Shown: positions 17,801 to 27,283, counted from the first letter of the stretch. The stretch is 28,828 nt of DNA from Acidimicrobiia bacterium (GCA_029210695.1 JARGFH010000009.1:62001-90828); one strand, 5' to 3'. Numbers and translations: made by a program. The notes: generated by a model not told the origin, from the sequence alone.

Positions 17801-20215
17801 ATGAACCCAAGCCCGCTCGCCACGTTTCTCGCCCTTCGCACCAGTGTGAGTGTTAAGCCGATCGGCGACGGCGGACCGGAAACCTGTGCGGCATTGACCA
17901 GCGGCCTAGATACCGCACTCCAGCAGCTCGGTACCGGCGTTGGTCATGGGGCGGCGATCGTTGCGCTGGGAGGCTACGGCCGCCGTGAACAGTGTCTGTG
18001 GTCCGACGTTGATTTGATGTTGCTCCACCGCCACCGCAATACAGAGCCATTGATCAAGGCGGTCTTCTATCCGTTGTGGGACGCCAATATCAAGGTAGGA
18101 CATGCGGTGCGAACTGTCGAACAGTGCCGCGAGGCCGGCGGCGCGGAGCTCGAGACGCTCACGACGCTCCTCTCGGCTCGTCTCGTCGTAGGCGACGTAG
18201 ACCTGTTCGGTGAGTTCGAGGATGCGCTGGCCGATCTGGCCCGCCGGCAGCCTCTGGCACCACGCCTCGCCGAACAAGAGCGCGAACGGCGACTCGCCGA
18301 GCCCTACCCGTTGATGGCTGCAGACGTCAAACAGGGACGAGGTGCGCTGCGCACCCACGAGGGGTTCTGGTGGGAACGCCGGCGATCCCAGTTACTCGAT
18401 CTCGTGTCCGACACGCCGACCCAGGATGAGCGTGACGCCAAGGTGACGCTGCTTTCGGTACGCAACGCACTCCACGCGTCGGCGGGTCGAGCCGTCGACA
18501 GGTTCGTTGTCGATTTGCGGGAACCGGCCGCCCGATGGCTCAATACCGACGTCCACTCCCTGGCGATGTCCCTCACGACTGCTCTGCACATCGGCGACCG
18601 CCTAGCCGACCGTCGCTGGCCCGACCTTCACGTCGAATCGGACCCGACATTCGGACTGGGACGCAGGGTGTTCGGGGCGATACGAACCCGATTCTCCTCA
18701 CCTGAACCCACCCAAGATGTCGACGCGGGAGACGGCGTGATGGCGATCGCGGTCCGGGCGGCAGGCCGCCCTGAAGGAGCGTGGCTCGACTCCACCGAGG
18801 AGGAGCTCATCCGCGCGACTACTTCCACGGTATGGACGGCGGCCGATCGGAGGGCCTTCATCATGCTGCTTTCGGCCGGTGCCCGCGGGCGAACCATCTT
18901 CGGCCTCCTCGAGGAACTGGGATGGGTGGGACGCAATTTTCCTGAGTGGACGCCCGTGGCGACCGCCCCGCAACTCGCCCCTTTTCACGAGCATCCGGCT
19001 GGCGCTCACCTCTGGCGTGCGGTTGACGAAATGCAATCGATCATCACCGAGAGAGGCGATTTTGCAGGCATAATCGACGAAATCGGATCAACGGAGGAAC
19101 TACTGCTGTCCGCTCTCCTCCACGACATCGGGAAGGCAAGAGGAGGGAATCACGAGGCGGTCGGAGCCGACCTCGCCGCGACATTCCTGCGCCGCGCCGG
19201 GTTCGGACCGGCGACCGTCGCCACCGTAGTCAACGCGGTTCGCCATCACCTGCTCCTCGCCCAAACTGCCACGCGTCGCGACATCGCCGACCCGGCGGTG
19301 ATCGATGAGATCGCAACGGTGGTCGAAGACCGGCGCCAGCTCCAACTTCTGTACTTGCTGACGATCGCCGATCTGAGGGCGACGGGTTCGACCATGTGGA
19401 GCGAGTGGCGGGCCACCTTGCTCAGGAGGCTCTACCGGAGCGTGGCCAAAACTCTCGAGACGGGTGAAACCGCCCGGGCTACGCCCGACATCGACGCGAT
19501 CGTTGACTTTGCCGCCGGCACCCTCGACCGCCGCTTGATAGAGGAACACGTCGCCGCAATGCCGGCCGGCTACCTCGACACAACCTCGCCCCGCGAGGTG
19601 GCATGGCACCTTGACATCGCCTCACAACTCGACATGCCCGGCCTCATCTCGGTCGATCCACGAGATGAAGGACGGGTCCTCGTGGCGGGCACCGACCGGG
19701 CAGGCTTTCTCCTCGCCGTGAGCCGGGCCTTCACTGCCAACGGCGTCGGAGTCATGGACGCTCGTCTACGAACACGATCGGATGGAGTCGCCCTGGATAC
19801 GTTTCATGTCGCGGATGATCGAACCGGTGCGATGATTGCACCAGACCGATGGGATCGGGTGACCGGGGACCTCGTCGCTGCGCTCACCAACGAGCGGGAC
19901 CTCCGCCCGGTCATCCACGAACGGGTCAAGGCGTATCGACGGCCTGGAGACGATCGGACCTCGATCGAGGTGCGAGCCGACAACACGAGTCGCCATACCG
20001 TCATCGAGGTCCGGGCTCCGGACCGCGTCGGTCTGCTCGCCGACATCGTCGAAGTACTCCACGACGAAGCGCTGGACGTCTATCTCGCCAAGATCGACAC
20101 GATGGGCGGCCAGGCCCGTGACATCTTCCACGTTCGCCGGGCCGGCACACCCACTCGCGACGAGACAGACCTAGCCGCCCTCCAGAGTCGAATCGAGCAG
20201 CGGTTGCACGACTGA
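17801..20215 (+). CDS. glnD: PII nucleotidyltransferase GlnD (NTase, HD and two ACT domains)
   Basis: ALGGYGRRE...SDVDL, DVKQGRGALR, LLHDIGKARGGNH, ACT motifs DRAGFL and RAPDRVGLL; adjacent to PII and amtB. Confidence 0.9.
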   Translation: MNPSPLATFLALRTSVSVKPIGDGGPETCAALTSGLDTALQQLGTGVGHGAAIVALGGYGRREQCLWSDVDLMLLHRHRNTEPLIKAVFYPLWDANIKVGHAVRTVEQCREAGGAELETLTTLLSARLVVGDVDLFGEFEDALADLARRQPLAPRLAEQERERRLAEPYPLMAADVKQGRGALRTHEGFWWERRRSQLLDLVSDTPTQDERDAKVTLLSVRNALHASAGRAVDRFVVDLREPAARWLNTDVHSLAMSLTTALHIGDRLADRRWPDLHVESDPTFGLGRRVFGAIRTRFSSPEPTQDVDAGDGVMAIAVRAAGRPEGAWLDSTEEELIRATTSTVWTAADRRAFIMLLSAGARGRTIFGLLEELGWVGRNFPEWTPVATAPQLAPFHEHPAGAHLWRAVDEMQSIITERGDFAGIIDEIGSTEELLLSALLHDIGKARGGNHEAVGADLAATFLRRAGFGPATVATVVNAVRHHLLLAQTATRRDIADPAVIDEIATVVEDRRQLQLLYLLTIADLRATGSTMWSEWRATLLRRLYRSVAKTLETGETARATPDIDAIVDFAAGTLDRRLIEEHVAAMPAGYLDTTSPREVAWHLDIASQLDMPGLISVDPRDEGRVLVAGTDRAGFLLAVSRAFTANGVGVMDARLRTRSDGVALDTFHVADDRTGAMIAPDRWDRVTGDLVAALTNERDLRPVIHERVKAYRRPGDDRTSIEVRADNTSRHTVIEVRAPDRVGLLADIVEVLHDEALDVYLAKIDTMGGQARDIFHVRRAGTPTRDETDLAALQSRIEQRLHD

Positions 20216-20320
20216 ACGCCCACCCGGGATCGCCCGGAGCGACATCCGGACCGATCTTCGCCCACACTCACCTATCGATGTTGGCACCGACCGCCGGCGC
20301 CCGACCCGGTTCCCGATCGG

Positions 20321-20659
20321 TCATATGGCGTCTCTACCCTGCTCACCGGTACGGATCCGGATGATGGCGTCGATCGGCGTTACCCAGATCTTGCCATCTC
20401 CGATCTGCCCGGCGCCGGCCGTGGACTGGATCACGTCGGTCACTCTCGCAACGTCGGTCGCATCGACCACGATCTCGAGCTTGACCTTCGGTGTGAAATC
20501 GACCGTGTATTCGGCACCGCGGTAGGTTTCAGTGTGCCCACCCTGGCGCCCGAATCCCTTCACCTCTGTGACGGTCATACCTTGAATCCCTGTGGATTTC
20601 AGTGCCTCGATTACTTCATCGACCTTGTGCGGCTTGATCACTGCAGTCACCAGTTGCAT
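20321..20659 (-). CDS. glnK: PII nitrogen regulatory protein
   Basis: 112 aa from the ATG at 20659 (GAGGAG RBS). [18 protein letters not shown] includes Tyr51; GQIGDGKI and IRIRTGE. Directly downstream of amtB. Confidence 0.95.
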   Translation of the reverse strand: MQLVTAVIKPHKVDEVIEALKSTGIQGMTVTEVKGFGRQGGHTETYRGAEYTVDFTPKVKLEIVVDATDVARVTDVIQSTAGAGQIGDGKIWVTPIDAIIRIRTGEQGRDAI

Positions 20660-20673
20660 ATCTGCTACTCCTC

Positions 20674-22014
20674 TCAACCCGCGGCCGGCGCCGTGGCGAA
20701 CACATCAGGACCGTAACCCGGAGCGCCGTGTTCGACGACATCCAGGCCTTCGATCTCCTCTTCGGCCGGCACCCGGAGCCCAACCGTCGTTTTGATGGCC
20801 AGGAACAGCAACCCGGCTGTGATGGTCACGAAGGCAAATACTGCCGCCACGCCGATGAACTGGGTGAGGAGTTGATCGAAGCCACCACCGTAGAACAGGC
20901 CACCGTCGGTGGCGAGTAGGCCGACCATCAGCGTTCCAAAGGCTCCACATACGCCGTGCACCGAGATCGCCCCGACCGGATCATCGATCTTGCGCCTATC
21001 GATGAAGAAGACCGAGAAGACCACGATGACCCCGGCGAGGGCGCCGATGATTCCGGCACCCCAATTGGATACGTTGGCTGTTCCGGCGGTGATACCCACG
21101 AGACCGGCAAGCGTCCCGTTGCCGGCCATGGCCACATCAGGCGCGCCGGTCTTGATCCACACCGTGAAGGTGGCGAAGACGGCACCGGCCGCACCTGCGA
21201 TCAAGGTGGTGAGGGCGATCGCGCCGACCGCGGCATCGGCTGCGAGTTCAGAGCCGGGGTTGAACCCGAACCATCCCACAAAGAGGATGAAGACCCCGAG
21301 GATCGCAAACGGGATCGAATGCCCGGGGATTGCGCGGGGTGTGCCGTCCTTGCCGTACTTCCCAATTCTGGGTCCGAGGACGATGGCTCCCATTAGTGCC
21401 GCCCACCCGCCGACGCTATGGACGATGGTGGATCCGGCGAAGTCGATCATGGGAGTCGCGAGCTCGGCGAGCCAGCCTCCGCCCCACAGCCAGTGCACCA
21501 CAACCGGGTATATCAGGGCCGTGATGACGAAGCTGTAGATGAAGTAGCTCTTGAACCTGGTGCGTTCGGCCATCGCCCCCGAGACGATCGTGGCGGCAGT
21601 GGCGGCGAAGGCCACCTGGAAGATGAAGAACGTGGGAAGCGACAGCGTACCGAAGTAGCCGTCAGTGAAGTGGTCCGGGTCGAGAAACCACCCTTCGGTC
21701 CCGAAGAAGCTGTTGCCAGCACCAAACGCGATGGCAAAGCCCACGGTGGCGAACGCCAGAACTCCCGCTGAGAAGTCCATCAGGTTCTTCATCATGATGT
21801 TGGCGACGTTCTTGGCTCGTGTGAGACCCGCCTCCACGAGCGCAAAACCGGCTTGCATGAAGATCACCAGCACCGCGGCGACCAGAACCCAGATATTGTC
21901 GAGAGTTGCCTGCACGGCGTCGGCCGTCGTCCCATCTTGCGCAAACGCGGGTGCGGCCAGCACAATCGTTGCCAGGCTCGCTCCCGTGCCCACGAACAGC
22001 AGTCTTCGCTTCAT
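20674..22014 (-). CDS. amtB: Ammonium transporter
   Basis: [38 protein letters not shown] and [11 protein letters not shown] (twin His). Signal-peptide-like N-terminus MKRRLL preceded by GGAGA. Confidence 0.96.
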   Translation of the reverse strand: MKRRLLFVGTGASLATIVLAAPAFAQDGTTADAVQATLDNIWVLVAAVLVIFMQAGFALVEAGLTRAKNVANIMMKNLMDFSAGVLAFATVGFAIAFGAGNSFFGTEGWFLDPDHFTDGYFGTLSLPTFFIFQVAFAATAATIVSGAMAERTRFKSYFIYSFVITALIYPVVVHWLWGGGWLAELATPMIDFAGSTIVHSVGGWAALMGAIVLGPRIGKYGKDGTPRAIPGHSIPFAILGVFILFVGWFGFNPGSELAADAAVGAIALTTLIAGAAGAVFATFTVWIKTGAPDVAMAGNGTLAGLVGITAGTANVSNWGAGIIGALAGVIVVFSVFFIDRRKIDDPVGAISVHGVCGAFGTLMVGLLATDGGLFYGGGFDQLLTQFIGVAAVFAFVTITAGLLFLAIKTTVGLRVPAEEEIEGLDVVEHGAPGYGPDVFATAPAAG

Positions 22015-22093
22015 CGGATCTTCTCCCTTGCCGTTACCTGTTCCGGGCTCGGTATGGCATCCCTCACCCTGCACGCCGTGGTGGCGTGGTGGC

Positions 22094-22136
22094 AACCTAA
22101 GGGACAGGTGTTTCGAATCGGTTTCGCGCCGATGAA
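22094..22136 (-). promoter_or_regulatory. GlnR-box-like direct repeats plus -10 element of the amtB-glnK promoter
   Basis: Minus strand reads TTCAT-N6-GAAAC-N6-GAAAC (11-bp periodicity) followed 10 bp later by TAGGTT. This resembles the actinobacterial GlnR consensus gTnAc-n6-GaAAc. Confidence 0.65.
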
Positions 22137-22193
22137 TAGCCGAATACCAGTAGCGCCGCACAGTGAGTGCACGAACGGCCTGATTGAACAGAG

Positions 22194-23838
22194 CTATCCG
22201 GGAAGGTCCGGATCGGCGCCCACCGCCAGTCGTTCCGCCAAGCGGTCGCGCGGTCCATCGCCTCCGAATGCTGTGATGGCGTCGCCCGCCTGAAGAACGG
22301 TCGAGCCGGAGGGGATCAGCAGATCGGACCCGCGGTTGATCGACACGAGCAGGCATCCGTCTGGCCAGGGGAATTCGCTGACCGGTCGACCATCGGCTGC
22401 AGACCCGACCGGGATGCCGACCTCGAAGAATCGGGCTTCCGCCTGGGTTCGAGCGCGCAGCCGATCGGGCAGCGCACCTTGGCGCGCAATCGTGCCCAGT
22501 GCTGTGTGGTAGGCGGTGATCACATCTGCTCGTCTGAAGATCCCGACCAGGCTCGTTGCGTCGACTGCGTCGACCACCGGGAGCCGACCGACTCCGAGGG
22601 CGGCCATACGCTCCAGCGCCTCCGAGACCGGCGTCTGCGGGATTACGGTCGCAGGATTCGGCGTCATGACGTCGGCGGCCCGCACTTGATCGGAGGGGCC
22701 GCCGGCCCGCACGATGTCGGATTCGGCGATCAGCCCCACGAGGCGTCCATCAGACACCACCGGAACACCGTGCAAGCGATTCCGTTGTAGCAAGCCCTGC
22801 ACCTCGCCGAGGGTTTGATCCGGGTTCACCGTGATCACTTCGCGCTGAACGACGTCGCCGACGCTGATCGTGTCGAGCAAGTCCGTCACGCCTCCGTGGG
22901 CCGGGTGGATGCCCATGCGGGTGAGCGGCGCCCGGTAGGCGCTTTCCGGCCGCACCGAGCAACGCCACTACCAGCGCCAGCAGCAGGGATCGAGACCAAG
23001 CGGGCAATCTACCTGGCCGGATCTCGAACCAATCCAAGGCAGCCAGGAAGAGCCAGGCAACGGCCACCGTCACCAATCCCAGCAAACCGTACAGCAGCAA
23101 TTGCCTGGGATCCTCCAGGGCGTATGCAGAGACTTCGAAGGTCAGATCCTCACCGACCAACGAGCGGCTCACCACCGCTCCCGCCACCGACGCCACGACC
23201 ACAGTGTGGACGTGACGCAGCGAGAATTCCCGGAGGATCACCTCCATCGCGAAGAACATCCCGGCAATCGGGGCGTTGAAGGTAGCACTGATTCCTGCGC
23301 CGGCACCGGCCGCCACCAGGACCCTCACATCGTTTTCGCCCAGACGCGCCACTCTGGCCACCCACGAACCGATCGACGAGCCGATTTGAGCGATCGAGCC
23401 TTCCCGGCCGGCAGAACCGCCGCTCCCGATGGTGAGAGCAGTAGCAATCGTTTTGAGGCCTACGACCCGGGCCCGAATATGCCCACCACGCACCGCGATC
23501 GAGGCGATGATCTGAGGGACCCCGTGACCGGCGACCTCAGGCGCGAACCTGGCTGTGAGCCGCGAAGCGATCCAGATGCCAACCGGGATCGTCACGAGCG
23601 GCCACGCCCGGCCCAGCCGATCATCGACCAACGATGCTCCCGATCCAACCAGATCGATGGCCTTGATCAACACAAACGCGCCGAGGCCGGCGCCCACTCC
23701 GACCAATCCGGCCAGGACCATGAGCGTGGGCGTTCCCCCACGTCGAGAAACTGTCTGCAATCGATCCGACCAGCGCATCCGCTCCAGGCTAGGACCTCTG
23801 CGTCGACTCGGAGTGTCAGCGTCGGCGGAGGGGCGCAT
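22194..23838 (-). pseudogene. ClC chloride channel/antiporter with CBS pair and TrkA_C domain; internal deletion plus frameshift near 22956
   Basis: N-part has GHGVP, GREGS and ATFNAPIAGMFFAMEVIL. It jumps out of frame to RPESAYRAPLTRMGIH + CBS + TrkA_C. The second-half ClC helices with the GxFxP motif are absent. Confidence 0.8.
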
Positions 23839-23912
23839 GCAAAGAACGTTTGGGACCGCACCGGCCCCTCGGGACGGGTACATTCCGACGTAGGCACCTA
23901 GGGAGGAGAGGC

Positions 23913-24173
23913 ATGGACGACCACGATGCCCGCCGTGAGGCTGCCTTCAAGCGAGTGAAGGCCAAGCGAGAGTTCAAGAATCACCTGGCGGTGTACCTGA
24001 TCGTGAACACCCTGCTCGTCGTGATCTGGGCCGCGTCCGGAGCAGGCTACTTCTGGCCGATCTGGCCCATCGCCGGCTGGGGAGTCGGATTGACATTCAA
24101 CGCCTGGAGCGCCTATTTCGAGAAACCGATCTCAGAAGAGGACATTCGCAGGGAGATGGAGAAGGGCCTCTAG
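23913..24173 (+). CDS. 2TM-domain protein (86 aa)
   Basis: GGAGGAG RBS. RVKAKREFKNHLAVYLIVN...YFWPIWPIAGWGVGL...IRREMEK is the typical 2TM pattern. Confidence 0.88.
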   Translation: MDDHDARREAAFKRVKAKREFKNHLAVYLIVNTLLVVIWAASGAGYFWPIWPIAGWGVGLTFNAWSAYFEKPISEEDIRREMEKGL

Positions 24174-24272
24174 GAGGGCGGTCCGCCCAGGGGTAGCCGG
24201 TTCGGGCGAACCGCCACACGCACCAGCCAAACCAGCCAGTGCGAGGGCAGCGAACATCCGTCTGAACCTCAC
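24132..24272 (-). CDS. Small putative lipoprotein or truncated lipoprotein remnant (46 aa, not in the ORF track)
   Basis: AAGGAAGG RBS, GTG start, MRFRRMFAALALAGLAGA-CGGSPEPATPGRTALLEALLHLPANVLF. Basic n-region, hydrophobic h-region and lipobox Cys. Confidence 0.5.
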   Translation of the reverse strand: MRFRRMFAALALAGLAGACGGSPEPATPGRTALLEALLHLPANVLF

Positions 24273-24437
24273 CACCTTCCTTCGGTAGGTGAACGCGAGG
24301 GCTTGAGCCACGACGACGATCGGCCGTGCGATCTTCGAGGGCCCCGATCAACGATATTTATCGATCAATTAACCCTCACGAGGGGCGTGCATGAACCTCA
24401 GTCGCGGAACCTGTGGAGGAATCCATAGGAGTTGTCT

Positions 24438-24626
24438 ATGACCATTGTGTTCCTGATACTGGTTCTGTACGGACTCTTCTTCTTTCTCCTGGCGATGACC
24501 GATGAAGGCGCCGGCAGACGGCCGTCGAAGACGAATACAAACCGTCACCTCGTCGCCCCGATTTCGCTTCCAGGTCGAAACAACCCATCGCCGGAGGCAG
24601 CCGAGACAACCGAACTCGCCGTGTAG
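24438..24626 (+). CDS. Small single-TM hypothetical protein (62 aa)
   Basis: AGGAG RBS 6 nt before the ATG; N-terminal hydrophobic helix MTIVFLILVLYGLFFFLLAM followed by a polar tail. Confidence 0.55.
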   Translation: MTIVFLILVLYGLFFFLLAMTDEGAGRRPSKTNTNRHLVAPISLPGRNNPSPEAAETTELAV

Positions 24627-24709
24627 CCCCGCGATTAGGCGTTGTCACAACACGGGTCCCGGATGTTGCCCGCACGCCGAGTCCGCTCGCATGAACCCGC
24701 CGGTCCGGT

Positions 24710-25963
24710 CTAGGGGGATCGCCCGCTGGTGGTGTAGGAGTGACCAAGCTGGCTGGTCCACAGATAGTCGCCGCCCGGAAGTGGCCGATATGTCCAGCCG
24801 TGACGGTGACGGATTATGTGGTCGTGTCGGCAAGCAGGCGCCAATTCGTCTGTAGCGGTGCGCCGGCCCTCGGCCCAAGCGACACGATGATCGAGATCGC
24901 AGGCAGTTGAGGGCATTCGGCAACCGGGAAAGACACACGTGAGATCTCGGACCTCGACATGACGTTGCTGGGTAGCGGTGGGACGCCGCCGGGTGGTTCC
25001 GTGATGGACCGGGAGACCGGTGTAGGGGTCGGTCACGACATATCGCCAGCGACTCCCGTGTTGTCGATCGGTAACCTGACGGGCGATGTCGGCAATGACC
25101 GGACCATATCCGGCCAACTCCCCCGGCGCTTCGGACAGTTGAGTGAGAGTCGCGAGGTCGACTCGCAGTTCCACCCCGCCACGGTCACGTGTCGTGCCGA
25201 AGCCGCGACCCTCGAGCAGGTCGAGAAACACGTCGGCGCGCAACTGGTCGATCGAGCGCAGCTCACCGTTCCGCTTCAGGCTGCGAGCGACCCGGTTGAC
25301 AAAGGCGCTGGCCGAAGCGACGCGATCGGGAGGGAGATCCAACCCCAGTAGATGAGCCGTCCCGTCTTCGGAAGGATCGACAATCACCCTTCTTTCCTCA
25401 ACCGCTTCCTCATATCGGGCTTTGGCGGTTTCCGGATCCACTTCGATGCACAGCCGCTGCAGACGCGCCTTCAGTTGGCCGGTTGTCAGCTGCGGAGCGC
25501 GGTCGAGGATTTCGTTGCTCACCATCCGGGCGGTTTCCGGGTCCAGATGAGCTGTGCCGCTCATGATCACTCGAACCCGGCGCACGTCCAGATCGCCGGC
25601 GGAGAAGGCATCCCATACGCAAGGAAGTCGATCCCGAAGCTCCAGGGCCAGCTCCAACTCAGAGTCGGCTGCCCGACGAGTTAGCCGCAATGCGGCCCGG
25701 ATCTCGGCTGCCGCCCCCTCAGCCACGAGTTCTGGATCATCTGATCCGTCCAAGTCCTCGATTGCATCGGCGATGGCGGCCATATCCCCATACAGATGAG
25801 CCTGGTGGTGAGACACCAATCGTTGGCGAGCCCGCATCACCACCACACGGTCAAACCCGGAAAGGCGGCTCATATCTACTGCGGAGAGAATGACGGCAAG
25901 AAACGGACCCGGTTCCATCGAGTCCAGATCCGCTGGTATGCCTGCCATCTCGTTATCGAACAT
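24710..25963 (-). CDS. DUF222 + HNH endonuclease protein (13E12/REP13E12 repeat family)
   Basis: AEIRAALRLT, RSIDQLRADVFLDLL, PGELAGYGPV, RDLTCVFPGC...CDLDH...CRHDHIIRH and LWTSQLGHSY. Confidence 0.9.
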   Translation of the reverse strand: MFDNEMAGIPADLDSMEPGPFLAVILSAVDMSRLSGFDRVVVMRARQRLVSHHQAHLYGDMAAIADAIEDLDGSDDPELVAEGAAAEIRAALRLTRRAADSELELALELRDRLPCVWDAFSAGDLDVRRVRVIMSGTAHLDPETARMVSNEILDRAPQLTTGQLKARLQRLCIEVDPETAKARYEEAVEERRVIVDPSEDGTAHLLGLDLPPDRVASASAFVNRVARSLKRNGELRSIDQLRADVFLDLLEGRGFGTTRDRGGVELRVDLATLTQLSEAPGELAGYGPVIADIARQVTDRQHGSRWRYVVTDPYTGLPVHHGTTRRRPTATQQRHVEVRDLTCVFPGCRMPSTACDLDHRVAWAEGRRTATDELAPACRHDHIIRHRHGWTYRPLPGGDYLWTSQLGHSYTTSGRSP

Positions 25964-25971
25964 ATGTTCGT
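25956..25971. promoter_or_regulatory. LexA (SOS) box overlapping the start codon of the DUF222-HNH gene
   Basis: TCGAACATATGTTCGT contains the perfect 14-bp palindrome CGAACATATGTTCG, matching the actinobacterial TCGAAC-N4-GTTCGA consensus. Confidence 0.85.
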
Positions 25972-26120
25972 TTCTATCTGCTGATTAGGACAGAATTGTC
26001 TTTCAAACGGTGCTGCGCGGGGCGTTGCCTGGAGGAAAGATCAAACCCAACTAGGCAAGCCTCGCCTGAGCCACCGAATCACTGGCCTCAGCGGACGGAC
26101 CCCCAGATTCCGTCATTGCC

Positions 26121-26648
26121 GTGGTCGCGCCATCGACGACGGCGCCACGCCCGACCCATGTCGACACCACACACAAGACTCCGGTAGCTGTCGGCCCACT
26201 CGAGCCCATCACCGGTTACGGGGACTTCTCTCATGTCGCGACGCCGTACGACTTGGATCCTGACGAGGTGATGATGGCGGTGGCCGCTTGCCTACAGGAC
26301 AACGGCTATCCGGTGATCTTCACTCCGGGAATGGGCGTCGATTGGTCTCCGATTCCTCCACATCAGCACATGGAGGGAAGTCGAGTCGAGGATGCTTGTT
26401 TCACCGGATTGAACCTACCCGATCCGGTTCCACCCACCGAGCAGGAACTGCTCGACAGGTATGACTACCTGGTTGAGATGGCAGCCTGCCTAGCCGCGGA
26501 GGGATACAACACGCCTGATCCTCCCTCTCCAGAAGCCTTCGTTGAGGGTTACGGAACCGAGGAATCCTGGTCGCCATACAACTTCTTGCCGTTGTCGCTA
26601 TCGGAAGAGGAGTGGCAACGCCTCATGGTGGCCTGCCCGCAAGCATGA
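26121..26648 (+). CDS. Hypothetical acidic, Pro-rich protein with duplicated ACLxxxGY motif; probably an exported-protein family member lacking its N-terminus
   Basis: AACLQDNGY...DACF and AACLAAEGY...VACPQ internal repeat; Thr/Pro-rich N-terminus with no signal peptide; in-frame TGA at 26067. Confidence 0.6.
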   Translation: MVAPSTTAPRPTHVDTTHKTPVAVGPLEPITGYGDFSHVATPYDLDPDEVMMAVAACLQDNGYPVIFTPGMGVDWSPIPPHQHMEGSRVEDACFTGLNLPDPVPPTEQELLDRYDYLVEMAACLAAEGYNTPDPPSPEAFVEGYGTEESWSPYNFLPLSLSEEEWQRLMVACPQA

Positions 26649-26773
26649 AGTGACCAGTGTGAGAGGCTCAACCCGTCCTCAGTTGTCGAGATGGGGCGTG
26701 GAAACGACCCGAAACATTCAAGGTTCACTGGTGCCGCGGGAATCGGTGCTGGTCCCGCCGTATCCGGAAGGCG

Positions 26774-27283
26774 TTACTGACCAGCTGCCAAGCCATGGCA
26801 ATGCTTGTACTTGAGACCCGAGCCGCACGGGCACCGTTCGTTGCGTCCGACCTTCGTCCGAGTCTCAGCCGGGCGAGCAGACAGTTTCAACGCCAGCTCG
26901 GCTCGCTGCTCACGGACCTCGAGTTCGCCCTCCCAGCCGCGTAGACCGTCGCTCCGACGCTGCAACCGCTGCTCAGCAGCATCCAGGTCACGCTCGCGGC
27001 GAGCAACCTCCGCCTCCCGTCGCATTAGCTCCCGTTGGGCCCGTTCGGCGAACACCGGCGACTCGATACCACTGAAGTCACCGAACACACCGACAAGTTC
27101 ACGACCGATCAGCATCACAATTGCTCGGCCCATCGAGATCCCGACCGCTTGGCAGTAGCGTCGCCACGTTGACCACTTCGCCTCGGTGACTGGGACTCTC
27201 ACCATTCGGAAGGTTTCATCCTGGCCGAGGCCGGCGAGTAGCTTGCGATCAATTCGGACCAGTGTGCCTCGGTCGAGGTCCAT
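26774..27283 (-). CDS. SEC-C motif protein with N-terminal RHH-like segment and central coiled coil
   Basis: C-terminal [21 protein letters not shown] is the SEC-C metal-binding motif. R/E-rich helical middle; GAGG RBS before the ATG. Confidence 0.8.
   Translation of the reverse strand: MDLDRGTLVRIDRKLLAGLGQDETFRMVRVPVTEAKWSTWRRYCQAVGISMGRAIVMLIGRELVGVFGDFSGIESPVFAERAQRELMRREAEVARRERDLDAAEQRLQRRSDGLRGWEGELEVREQRAELALKLSARPAETRTKVGRNERCPCGSGLKYKHCHGLAAGQ

Noticed and set aside
22015..22356. 560-aa AmtB with a long N-terminal extension
   Set aside because: The extension runs through the promoter/GlnR-box region and the ClC gene end. RBS and signal peptide support the ATG at 22014.
24240..24340. 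Riboswitch (c-di-AMP, c-di-GMP or glutamine) in the hairpin-rich intergenic region
   Set aside because: Conserved core motifs were not found. The region is better explained by the RBS and start of the minus-strand lipoprotein ORF.
26774..26840. secA gene or fragment
   Set aside because: Only the ~20-aa SEC-C motif is shared; no helicase/DEAD motor sequence precedes it.
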